From NCBI RefSeq assembly GCF_000143415.4, contig NW_003314374.1, positions 145,225-209,224 of the forward strand: 64,000 bases of DNA, read 5' to 3'. This document shows positions 49,453 to 60,900 of this stretch, piece by piece (within the stretch, counting starts at the first letter, position 1; each line of letters opens with the position of its first letter). Source of the DNA: Selaginella moellendorffii. Lineage: Eukaryota > Plantae > Lycopodiophyta. Both the position numbers and the translations under genes were made by a program. The notes under the pieces were generated by a model that was not told the DNA's origin, did not search any database, and worked only from the letters and a program-made list of their open reading frames with translations.

Positions 49453-51136
49453 ATGTCGACGCGTTCCGGGCACATCGCGGACTCATCGCCGACGCACACT
49501 CGCCACTCCGACAGGATTCTGGTGGGTTCAACCTCCGGCGTGGTCTGCCGGGATTTCCAGCGCGGGAGGTAAGTGGAAAGCTCGATTTGATCGATTTTGA
49601 GCTTGATTTCTTGTCTTTCCAGCTGCCGCTTTGGTTCGCACTGCAAATTTGTCCACCGGCAGGTCGCGGATCCAGTCTCATCGAATCGCAATGTGAGTTC
49701 TTTGCTATCTTCTTTCTCTCAGGCCTGAAACCTTTCAGGTGCGCACTGTGACCTCGGGTCCTCGGATTCTGGTGAGTTCTTTTTGGCGATCTAGCTGCCC
49801 AGGCCTGAAAGTAAAAATTCTTATAGGACACTATGGCGAACGCCGAGAGGCCATCACCAACTACGCCACGGGTCCGTGCTATGCCATCCAGCTCCAGCCC
49901 GGAGCAGCAGGGAAATGAAGATAAAGGCGTTCCACAAGGTATTTGCTCTATCGGTTGACCGTGATTCCTGTCTATTGTCTTGTGTGATATCTGTAGATCG
50001 AGAGTGTTTTCTTGTTGGTTTTATGTGGATGGATGCCTGTTCGTTAGTTCTTTTCATTCTTTTTTTTATTCTTCTGTACACAGGCTTTCGTTTGAAGAGA
50101 GGCATGGCGCCTGGAGTGGAATCAGTGGCACCTGTTGTGCCCGACCCGGCTGAAGAGACTCAGGAAGAATTTCGGAAGGCGATTTTGCAGTATGCCACGC
50201 AGTAAGTACTATTTCTCTTAAGCCCTCTCTTTCTTTGTCTTCTCGTAATCCTCGTTTATCCAGGATGGAAAAAAAGATGCACAGGGGCGTTTCTTTGCAG
50301 GCTTGCTCTCTCGGGCTGCTGGTGAGGCATATCAAGCGCTGCCCCGACATTAGTCCTGCGTTAAAGAGCTTGCTGCATTCCCGGATTGACAACATTTCGC
50401 TGGAGCCGTGCTCAGTTACGTATCAACATAAATGCCATCTCGATGAAGAGGCGGCGCTACAGGTAAATTCTTCGTGCGTAATTTGGTTTCTTGTAACTGT
50501 TCTAATTTCTCAGCACTATTCCAAATTCATTGACGAGGCACTCTCCATGCTGGAAGAAGAAGAGGCTTTGGAAGACCTCCGTGCAAGTATCAAGAAAGTG
50601 AAAGACAAGTCAGCTGTGGCCCCTTCTGTCGCCCCTTCCACCCGCTGTTTTGAGGCCAGCGTGAACAGGTACCATGTTTTTTTCCATTCCAACTCTGTGT
50701 CTATCTATCTTAGTCCTGCCCCTACACTGGCAGCGTTGCTTCTACCCTCCAACCACGCCGTCGTCGTGCTTCGAAGATCAAAGCTGCTGAAGAAGAGAAC
50801 TTGTCTGCCGAAGAGGAAGAATACTTCTCGGCCGATGAAATTTTTGAAGACGAATCCATGGTAAATTAATAAAAAAGGGGGCTAACTTTTTTTTTGTTTT
50901 GTTTTTTTTTGTTAGATTCTTCGCCTCAAGCTATTACACTTGCAGCAACTTGCCAAATATGTGGTGTCCATGGCGGCTTTGATGTACGAATATGTGAGGT
51001 AATTCAATTCTATACTAATTTTTTAGCTTGATTGTTTTTATTTTCTATTAGCCTCAATTTGGCACATGTCAACCCTCTCCTCAAGCAGCTAGAAAAAATA
51101 AAAAACGAGCTTAAGGAAGCTCTAAACAATCTGTAA
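49453..51136 (+). CDS. Uncharacterised 10-exon gene (~365 aa): CCCH zinc finger, unknown helical domain, acidic FFAT-like motif, C-terminal coiled coil
   Basis: Exons 49453-49568, 49623-49692, 49739-49771, 49827-49938, 50084-50201, 50264-50462, 50514-50668, 50734-50860, 50916-50998, 51052-51136 join via GT-AG introns into a stop-free frame containing CRDFQRGSCRFGSHCKFVH. Confidence 0.75.
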
Positions 51137-51159
51137 GTGGCTTTTGATCAATCGATTTG

Positions 51160-53700
51160 AAATTTTTTTGCATGTTTTGCTCGGCTGGTAGTCTTTCTCA
51201 GAAAGTGAGACAAACTTCTCTCTTTCGTGTTCTCTAATGTTCCAGTTGGCCGACCAAGGTACACAACTGAAGAACCTTCTAACTTCTTTTCCAAATTTCC
51301 AGGTGAGCAAGGAGATTGTAGAATGCAAGGTAAGAACCAGTCTTGTCCTGAGAAGCACGAGGAAAAAAATTTGAGAAAAACCAATCCAGTACTTTGTCTC
51401 TCTTCTCCAAAACTGGGAGGCGTTTCTGCCTTTAATGAGGAGCGGACAAAGCCCAGAAGCAACTCTGATGATTCTCGTTCCAGAGGCTTATAAAAATCAC
51501 TGTCCAACAAGTATCCAGAGGTTAACAGCAGCTGATAAGTTACTGATTTCTCCGTTCTGCATCAGGTTATTGATTTTTACGAGTATTACAAAGGAAGCAT
51601 GGGATGGATTTGCATTGTTACTGATGGAAGTAAGTATGCTATTTATTTCGAACTGAACAGGCTCTAAAGTAGTCTATCTCAGCTTTTAATGAGGAGCGGA
51701 CGAACCCGGGAAGAAACTCTGATGATTCTCGTTCCAGAGGCTTACAAAAATCACCCTACACAAGTATCCGGAGGTTTGTTATGCCAACAGCAGCTGATTT
51801 GTTGTCTGTACCAGGTTATTGACTTTTACGAGTATTACACAGGCCAGATGATGGAAGTAAGTATGCTATTTATTTCGAACTGAACAGCCTCTAAAGTAGT
51901 CTATCTCAGCTTTTAATGAGGAGCGGAGGAACCCGGGAAGAAACTCTGATGATTCTCGTTCCAGAGGCTTACAAAAATCACCCTACACAAGTATCCGGAG
52001 GTTTGTTATGCCAACAGCAGCTGATTTGTTACTTATTTCTCCGGTCTGTACCAGGTTATTGACTTTTACGAGTATTACACAGGCCAGATGGAAGCATGGG
52101 ACGGACCTGCATTGCTCCTTTTCAGGTACAAGCTAATTTATTTCAAAGGAAGACGTTCCTTAACGGATGTATTTGAAGTGATGGGAGGACAGTTGGCGCT
52201 TGCCTTGATCGAAACGGTCTGCTCGATATTGGGAAACGAAGGATGGAATGGCTTCTGAGGTATGGAAGCACGTTACCTCTAGCTATACTTGACGAGAACT
52301 AAAACCATGCCCTTACGTAGGTTGGTTCTGATATCATCTCCGAAGGTCGTTTATAGACCCTGGGATGATGATAGCCATAGGCTTGAACTCTGGAAAGGCA
52401 AGAATAAGAACATGCTCTGCATTTGTGATAACGTGCTGAGGCTACAGGTATCCGAAAATACGGAGGTGAAAAAGAGGGTCGCTCTTTCACATCCTTATCG
52501 CCAATGGAAAAGCCGTCCCCTTCCTGTTTGTAAATTTTCAGCTGAACCGTTTATGGACACTAACAAGCTCCTTCAGAGACAGCAGTAAGCCGTTTATTGT
52601 TTTACGCTAGTTTACGTGTGCTCATGTCTCTAGATTTCAGGGCATCTGGGTATTCATCTGAGGGTGTCCAAATGGTTACAGAAAACATGACATCGCAAGG
52701 CAAAGAGTCGTATGGGGGACGATATCCCTCTGGCTGTTCTGTCTCAGAGAGAGAGAGGTCATGTGCTGTTTGACTATTTGAAGCAAAGATTCGCTCAGGT
52801 AATGAGAACAGATTTTGCAGGCAACAAATCCTCCCATTATCCTTTACGGGAGGTGTCTCTTGACATGAATACTGGAAAGCGAGAAAACCTTCTGGAAGAA
52901 AAAGCTGAGAATGCTGCTCAGGTGCGGGTCATAATTGCGGTTTAATCATCTGGCTGTTGTCTTGCATGCGCAGCTGAAGTTAGTGAGCCCGGTATTGAAC
53001 GAAGGAGAGCTCGAAACTTTGAAGACGGATCCAGTTTTGAAGGCTTCGACAATTCCAACGTTCTTTGACATTAGTAATGGACTTGAAGGATCACTTTCTT
53101 CTGCTGGACAAGCTGAAGGTGCTGATGAGGCTGTACGTGGAGGATCGCAGCTTTTGATTTTGAGCGAGGCAACAGAGCGAATGAACTGGTATGCTTGTCT
53201 CGCTGAAGTTCTCGGTATTAAACGCTCGTTTGAAGTGTAGGTAAAGCCTGCCATACCGATGCTGCTTGTGGTACACCACCACCTTATTCAGAACGGACTT
53301 CGCGCGTCAGCATCTCTGATACTGCCCAATGCTTTTGTACACAGACTTCTTGGCTTATGGTACTATCATTTTAACCTTTGAACCTTGCCCTTAGAAACGT
53401 GTTGTCTTCAGGTGACGACAGAAGGGGCGCGGCAACAGAAACTTTAACAAGCCAATTAAAATGTTAGTATGCAGGTCGACAATTGTCTCGATATGGGAAT
53501 TCTCTTGTATCAAGGTATGCAATTCCGCAGGATACTAGGATCAACAAAATAATTATTTGTTCTAACACTGTGGAAATAACCCGAAGGTGTCGAAGCTTCT
53601 CCACAGAGCAGTTCGTGAGAAGAATGAGAGCGCGTACGCTGTATATGAGTTACCGACTGTAGATGATTTTCTTGAACGTCTTAACTTGATTTATAGGTCC
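51160..53700 (+). pseudogene. Scrambled, mostly inverted partial duplicate of Fd-GOGAT with introns and an internal triplication
   Basis: 51857-53700 is the rc of ~33930-36425 with deletions. [20 protein letters not shown] occurs three times. Short pieces of the GLU 3' end lie at 51170-51395. Confidence 0.92.
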
Positions 53701-54661
53701 TTCGATCAAGAATTTCGCCTCACTTATTTCTCCTCCAGGCTAATGTAGAGGTGCGTTCTACTTTTGTTTTCTTGTTGTAACTTATAACGGTGGAACCAAT
53801 CAGATCATTCATGTCGGTGGACTTGGGTTGACGAGCGTGCTAAAATTTTATCAGCTCCAGCCAGGGCGAGCGCACAATGTGGTACTGTATTTCCTTTTTC
53901 GATGGATTTACGAACGTTCCAAAGAGAGGAACATTTGAAGAGGCAAAACCAGAAGACGGAGGTGGGATTTGTCCTTTTTTTCTCTTCACTGTTTGTGTTG
54001 TCCAGTAACAAACTAAGGAGATTGTTGTGGCAAGCAACAGCTGTAGATAAAATATTGAGGGAGCTTCATCAAAGGGAGAGAGAGCAAGCAGTCTACAAAA
54101 TTCGGGGAGAAAAGAATCTCTAGTGTCAACCACTGGTGGACAAACTTGCTCCTTTCGTGAGGTAAACCGCTCATCGAATCTTTTTGTTCTCTCTCAAATC
54201 CTGTTTGTTTGTATGCAGCTACATGGACGAGAGAATGCAATGCAATGAGGATAGCTCTCAACTCCTGTCAGCATCCAAGGTACGTTCGTTAACTTGAAGG
54301 TGTGTTTCGAGCAGCACCCCGATAAATGGAAAACTTCTGCAGGAGAGACGTTCTCAGCAGGGACGAGATTGAGCTACCAGGGTGGGTGTGTTTTGCTTGG
54401 ATGATGGCGCGGGTTCTAATGTGATATGCTTGTGGACATCGCGGACAGTCTTCTAAGCCTCTTCAAGCTTCGATATGGTAGCTACGTTGGCTGCTACGAG
54501 CACAAAGAGACACGGTTCTATAGTGGAAGTCATAGAAAACAAGAAGTGATTTTTCGAGCTCGACGCTACTGGAAAAAAAACGTGATTTTTTCCCCTTAAC
54601 GATCCCTTTAGGTAAGGGGCATATAAATTGAGTTTTCCTTCCAAGGGTCAGGGCAGGCAGG

Positions 54662-55786
54662 ATGGAGCGCCTAACGGAGGATTTGTTGCTCCGGGTGTTT
54701 GCGAGCCTGGAGCTTGACGATCTAGGGAGGCTGCGATGCGTTTGTAGATCCTGGGACAGCGCCATTACTTCTCACGAATTCGCCAAGCAATGGAAGGGAA
54801 GGGACGAGGTCTGTTGTGTCTTGCGCACTAAGGACAGCATCCACAGAGAAGTGTGGTTCCCGGGCAGCGGCGCAAGAAGATCTACCGGATTGAATCCAGG
54901 GCCTCGTGGGTGTTTCTCCATTGGGGTTTCTTCGTCACACGGCCTGGTTTGCGGATTGCTACCAGAAGAGGGCCGCTACTGGAACACGCCTGACACAGCA
55001 TGGAAATTTGTGGTAGGAAATCCATTGACAAACAAATGGAGGCGGTTGCCTCCAATCGATATCCCTTCTCGTCCGCTCTACACCATGGAAAGGATCCATC
55101 TCCAGGCTGATCCGTCCAAAGGTTCCTACAAGCTGGTCATCACCTACAGTGAAGATGGCGTTGACTACCAAGTGATCTACCAGGCGCGCCAGTATGATTC
55201 AGAGTCGCGGGTTTGGACCTCGGCAGTGCCCTTTATTGGCGAGCACGATTGCGCAAACACGAAGATTGATGGCTCCATGATTGGAAGCGCGGGGCTCCAG
55301 TACCCTCCATACTTTCTCATGGGCTACAATCCAGATTCCATGGCCTGGTCTTGTCACAAGCACTTCGTTGGTGGTCGTGATCCAACTCCCCTCAATGAGT
55401 CTGTCTACAAGGAGTATAAGCTTGACAGCACCACCTTATGCGATGTCTTGAGGTGGAGAGGCAGGAATTTCATGGTGACGCACTCGTTTAGCTGCGTGGT
55501 GCTCTGGGAGCTGGACACTGTGGCAGGAGAGTGGAAGGTTTTGTCAAGCAGGCGGTATAAGGAGCTGTATGGCAGGATGCCGTCGAGAGAAAACTCGGAG
55601 ATCCAGGCGCTGCTTGTTGGGAGCACAATAGTTTTCTCGGATTGCTACGAGACCCCGTACGTGTATGCGCCATATGCGTACAACCTCGAGGACTCAACTT
55701 GGCACTCGTCAACTTGCTGTGCGAGTGCGGACACGGACACTGCACTTGGCTGCGCATTCATACCCAGCTTCAACATCGAGCCATAG
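54662..55786 (+). CDS. F-box protein (intronless, beta-propeller-like C-terminus)
   Basis: F-box motif LTEDLLLRVFASL..LGRLRCVCRSW; SSSHGLVC, VGNPLTNKWRRLPP, YDSESRVW. Confidence 0.92.
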   Translation: MERLTEDLLLRVFASLELDDLGRLRCVCRSWDSAITSHEFAKQWKGRDEVCCVLRTKDSIHREVWFPGSGARRSTGLNPGPRGCFSIGVSSSHGLVCGLLPEEGRYWNTPDTAWKFVVGNPLTNKWRRLPPIDIPSRPLYTMERIHLQADPSKGSYKLVITYSEDGVDYQVIYQARQYDSESRVWTSAVPFIGEHDCANTKIDGSMIGSAGLQYPPYFLMGYNPDSMAWSCHKHFVGGRDPTPLNESVYKEYKLDSTTLCDVLRWRGRNFMVTHSFSCVVLWELDTVAGEWKVLSSRRYKELYGRMPSRENSEIQALLVGSTIVFSDCYETPYVYAPYAYNLEDSTWHSSTCCASADTDTALGCAFIPSFNIEP

Positions 55787-55874
55787 GAAAAGCATCTTGC
55801 GAGAGGTGAGTACTTGTTTTAAGAGAGGACGAAGGTTCAGCACAGGGGCGGTCCAAAGGTGGGACTTTTCTTTG

Positions 55875-57562
55875 TGCTTTCTTCACTGTTTGCATAACTG
55901 GAGATCTGCCGTGAGGAAGACGTGAAAAACTCTGCGATCCTGCCTGCGCTTGCGCCGAGGTAAGCTCGTGTGTTTGAGGACAAACCACCAAAATCTAAAG
56001 AGGAGAACTTATGCAGGCATAAGATCGCATCACGCCCGATCTGCTCTTACCACGCCAAGCTACGACTTGCATAGCAACAGAGCTCCTGTCAACCGACGCT
56101 CAAGGTCCACAACATTCCACTGCAGAAAAGCATGTTTCTTCCGCGATTTGTGGATGCTGGAGAGGCTGCTGCTGCCGAAGGAACGCTGAGTGGGCGATTT
56201 CCTGCCGAGGGAAGAGCTCTCGGGAGAATGTGGATTGAAGGCATTGTGTGTAAATACTTCATTATTTATTGAAACATTATACTAAACACTACTTTAAACC
56301 ACTGATCTGAAGAGAATGTACTAATATCTAGAGGTGATCCTCAGGCTGAATTTCTGCTGCCGCCGTGGGCGAGTGAGCTCTACCGGAGCTCTTTCCTGCC
56401 GCGACGTGCAAGCTCGAGTAAGGAAATTCTGTGAGTCACATTTCCTGCGTGCACCTCTGTAGCCCTCTGCGTTTCCTCCTCTTCAACCTCAGATAGGCAT
56501 TGCTCTTACTCTTACAAGCAGACTTTCCTGTGTCGCTGTCTTTCGACAGGAACACAAATTAACAATGTCTCATACTACCACTTAATCTAATTGAACTTCC
56601 CACAACCTTGTTTAGATAATTTTAGTAATTACTAGCTCATTTATATTAATAATTATTTTAAATATTTTATCTCATATTTTTGCCGTGATAAGTAGGAACA
56701 ATAAATTATTATATAAGAAAACAAAATAATAAAATGTAGCTTATATATGCCGAGCCACCTGATGTATGTACACAGATATCTTATGAAATAGAACTAGAAT
56801 AAACTTGACTTAGCTTTGAAAAACAAAACCACCTTTGATCAAATAAGAGGGTAGCATATATTTGTTAGCATAACAAATTTAATTTCTTTCAAAGTATATT
56901 GATTCTTGATATATTATTTTCATGTATTCTATTTCTATTACTTAAGTTATTAGTGATGTATATTTGAGCACTAATCACTATATAAATTCTAAATCATTTC
57001 TGTAACTATTTGATTTTATCTCAATCTATTTAACTGGATCGTTAATATTCAAACTATTTGTTTAATTGTTTTCTGTATAGTACTAGATACTTAGAACTAA
57101 TATAAATAATTAGAAAAGTTACCTCACCTCAACTTTATTCTATTCTTATATAATTTCACCATTATAAGCAAGTATAATTTCCATAGCTAAGTTATATAGT
57201 CATAAAACTATAACTAATTTCCTTACATATGGGAATGTATTGGTGATTGCCGAGGCAAAGTCTAAATTAACACCATGACATATATGCAATTTTTTGCACT
57301 ATGTCTCTATATCTTCTTTTTTTTTTTTTTTTTGATATGTTAGCTTGTGGATGCACATTTTTCAGCCCACGAGCTATATTTTGAATGCATTTTGGATGGC
57401 TGAGCTTGCTATTGCTATCCAAAATGCTCAATCGATATATACACTATTGCATGGGTGCAAGCTCTTCCCAATGGCTACATTTTAACTATTTGTTTTCCAA
57501 TGTAATTATAATGGTAAAGTACATATATTACTTGATTGGTTCTCTATAAATCTCCTTTGGCA
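55875..57562 (+). repeat. Right arm of the ~1.6-kb inverted repeat
   Basis: rc of 46921-48572, with an extra ~180 bp near 56225-56405. Confidence 0.9.
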
Positions 57563-57950
57563 CTTTGTCTTGTGGACAGTGATATACCTATGATTGGAAA
57601 AATATACGAGTGTATAAATAAGTTGGATGCAAGTTTAGAAGAAGGACAGTCAAATTCAGGTAGGTACATGGAACTTCATCAGATCATGTCTAACCAGTGG
57701 CATGAGTATCATTCACTTATGCACTCGGTAGTATATATACTAGACCCCGAGTTTCAAGAGCATGAAAAGCATGCCAATAGAGAAGTTATGAAGGATTGGA
57801 ATGCTTATCTATTGGCCATGTTTACATCCAGTGAGAGGGACGTGATACAGGATGAGTTTTTAATTTACAAGAGGATAGGAGGCATTTTGAACTCAATTGA
57901 TGCTAAGGTTAATCACATTAAAAAGGGAGTTGTATGTTGGTAGGAGGATT
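57536..57950 (+). mobile_element. hAT-type transposase fragment, cut by an LTR insertion
   Basis: LVDSDIPMIGKIYE...W.EYHSLMHSVVYILDPEF...VVCW pattern of plant hAT transposase C-terminal halves. Confidence 0.7.
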
Positions 57951-60900
57951 TGTAGCGCACGTGGTTTTGACCCTTTATCCTATGGTGATTTACCATAGGA
58001 TAACACCACGAAGCGGAACCTAAACCCTCTTTGTGCCACGTGACAGATGCCACGTGTCCATGCCACGTGTCCATAGGAACCCGAGGTTCAGGGCCTTGGG
58101 CCACTGAACGAATGAACGGTGCCAAACTCCCAAGCATGGAGCCAAGGAGTGATGGAACCGAACCACGGAGCAACTCCCAAGCATACAGCCCAAGGAGCGA
58201 AGGGACAGGGGCCCGGAGCGACTTGGACCAATCCTAGAGCAACCAGCATCCCAATGCCAAGACCAGCACGCAAAACGGAGCCAAACGGAGTCTGGCGCTA
58301 TTTCGGCATACCGGTGGCCTTACGCGAGGATATGGGTACTCCACCAACTAGCATGGAATGGAACTTGGGCTTAGACCCAAGCCGGACGCAGAACAAAGAC
58401 AGGCACGCAAGCGGGAGCTAGACTATGCCTCAGGTTGGTCGGCCATGCCCGACCTACCCACTATCCCTACTATACATTTGGAACCCCCCATAGCCCCCCC
58501 CCCCTTGAGGAACACACGCTTTGGGCTTTCACCCCAAGCCTCCCTTAGTATCAGGAGTTAGTCTCTGGGACAAGCTCGAAACTTACTAATTATGGAATGT
58601 CCCTAGATTGCGAATTTGGACACGGGACGAACACCATTGTGTTCAGGACGATCTCTACATTCCGTAGATATGCCAAATGAGCAAATCTGGACACTTTCCA
58701 TAAATAGCATTTGGGACGAATTAAGACTAACACAAAGGGCATGATAGCGAGGGTGTTTGGCAGACACGGTAAGCTATCATTTAGCGATGTTGAGGGACCA
58801 ATCTCAATATCGCGGGGGTTCTTGATACTAGCAAGTGCAAGCCAATGACACAAGTTTCTCAAACCAGGCCGAGTATGCTCAGCAAGAAACACATAGGGTT
58901 CCTACCTTATGTTTATCCAATCTAAGTGCATGTTCATTGACCAGTTTCTCAACTAGTTCAAGTGGGAACTGATAACGGGTCCAGCAATACCGACCTCCTG
59001 CCATCGTGGCAGCAAGGTAAGAGTGTCCGTAAGGACTGGCCGACAGGTAACTTTCGATACCTGAAGTCACATTCGCGACACTCTCCCCCCCTTGGGAAGA
59101 TCGACGTCCTCGTCGATGCATACTCCAGTCTAGAATACCGCCAAGGAAACAACTCCATAAAAAGTTCACGGTACTCACACTATGTGAGAAATGCACCAAC
59201 TTAAATGAGTTAGGGGGAACCTCTTTGTCTAACGCGGATGTGCTACCAGCTCAGACACCTTCCGGCCGTCGCCGACAAGGAAATGACCAACGGAGTCAGC
59301 CACCCCTGCTGCTCTGGGAGTCACCCAGCTTACAAAAGTGTGATATGCCCTGCCCGCAGGAACATAGAGAGAGAAGCCAGAGGCCCCTACCCTCCTAAGC
59401 AAAGAAACCAAACCCGTCGGTAAGGTTTAGATAGACTACTGTAAACAGGCAGTTAGAGTTGTTTACACGGTCACGCCCTTTCAACGGAATAAGGAACATC
59501 GACAAAGAGGCGGGTATGTGACCAGTCGACAGTAGCTACCCCATGACTAGAGATTTCACCATGCACACGAAATGCCGAAGCCAATCTGCCCATTACTGGC
59601 CCAAACTCAAAGATCAATAGATGGACAATATCAAAGTCATAGACAATGATAGTTTAGAGATTTAATTATCAGGGAATAAAGCTTAGATTAGAACACAAAA
59701 GTATTCCAAGTAAGTTATCATCCGATAAACTAGTATTACAGTATAGGAACCACCAAGATCACTATCATTGGAAAACATAGGATGCACCATCCAACAAAAT
59801 TCAATAGCAAGTATATCATCAAGTAAACGCAATGATAAAACTTAACTACCGAGGATAGCAGACAGTAAGCCAACAACTTACTAGAGAGAACTCAAAGAAC
59901 ACAAAGTATCATTGACTAACAAGCACAATGCTCGCGAATGTATCACCCAAAGGAAATAACATCCAAATCTATCAAAACTAACTCGAGCAACAATCAACAG
60001 AAGAGAATGAATGTGGGAAGACCAACAAACACTCATGCCTGCCAACTATCACAAAAGCCAATCTGAATAGATCCCAGCCAACAATACCAAGGAACTTAAG
60101 TTGCCTAAGCAAGAGTTAGCAACATCCTACTGATGTCTTAAACCCAAAAGACCAATCCAGAGCAAACCACAAAGATATATGGTATTGCAAAAAGCCATAA
60201 GCTATCAAAGAGAACAACTAACCATCATGAAAGATCATCAATCATCCCATAAATAAAGAGATGCAAAATCATCGTCTAAGAAGGAATCCACCATCCCGAA
60301 GAATAGCGAATCAATCTAGATCAACGATAATCAAGCAAAACCTCTTACAAAGATAATCAATTATCCCAGATGATAGTCAATCATCACCAATGATTGCTAG
60401 ATGCAAATACTAACTTCAACATCTAAGCTAATGAGCCAAAATGCCTTCCCCAACAACTTCTAACAAATGGAACAATGAGCACAAAACTCAAGAACCAAAA
60501 GCTCGAAGAAGCCTATAACTAAGTCTTGCCTAATAATGATCACGAGTCTCATAGAAGCTAACTTCAATGCTAAAGAAGAAATCATGGTGCAACCCACAAT
60601 ATCTTCCTCAACACATCCATAAGCCAAACTTCATAATACCAAAGCTAACGAAAAGCATTTCTACATCAATCCAAAAGCTAAGTATAACGAAGCTATGCTC
60701 AACAAGTGATCATCCAACGATCCTCCATGAATCCATCTATAGCAAGACGTAACTCACTTCATAACAAGCTCAAAAAGAATCATTAATGATTGCTATATTC
60801 CGAACTCAAATCCAGCAAGGACTCAACATTCTAATATCGATCACTAACTCTTCTTCTCGTAGAGTTAGCATAGTCCACGACTAAATCACTTTTCAAGGAA

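Noticed and set aside
49220-49831. Minus-strand ORFs of 74-151 aa
   Set aside because: Splice signals and the CCCH finger show the + strand is coding.
56051-56072. Partial resemblance to miR536 (GCCAAGCT core)
   Set aside because: Only an 8-nt match and no precursor fold; likely chance.
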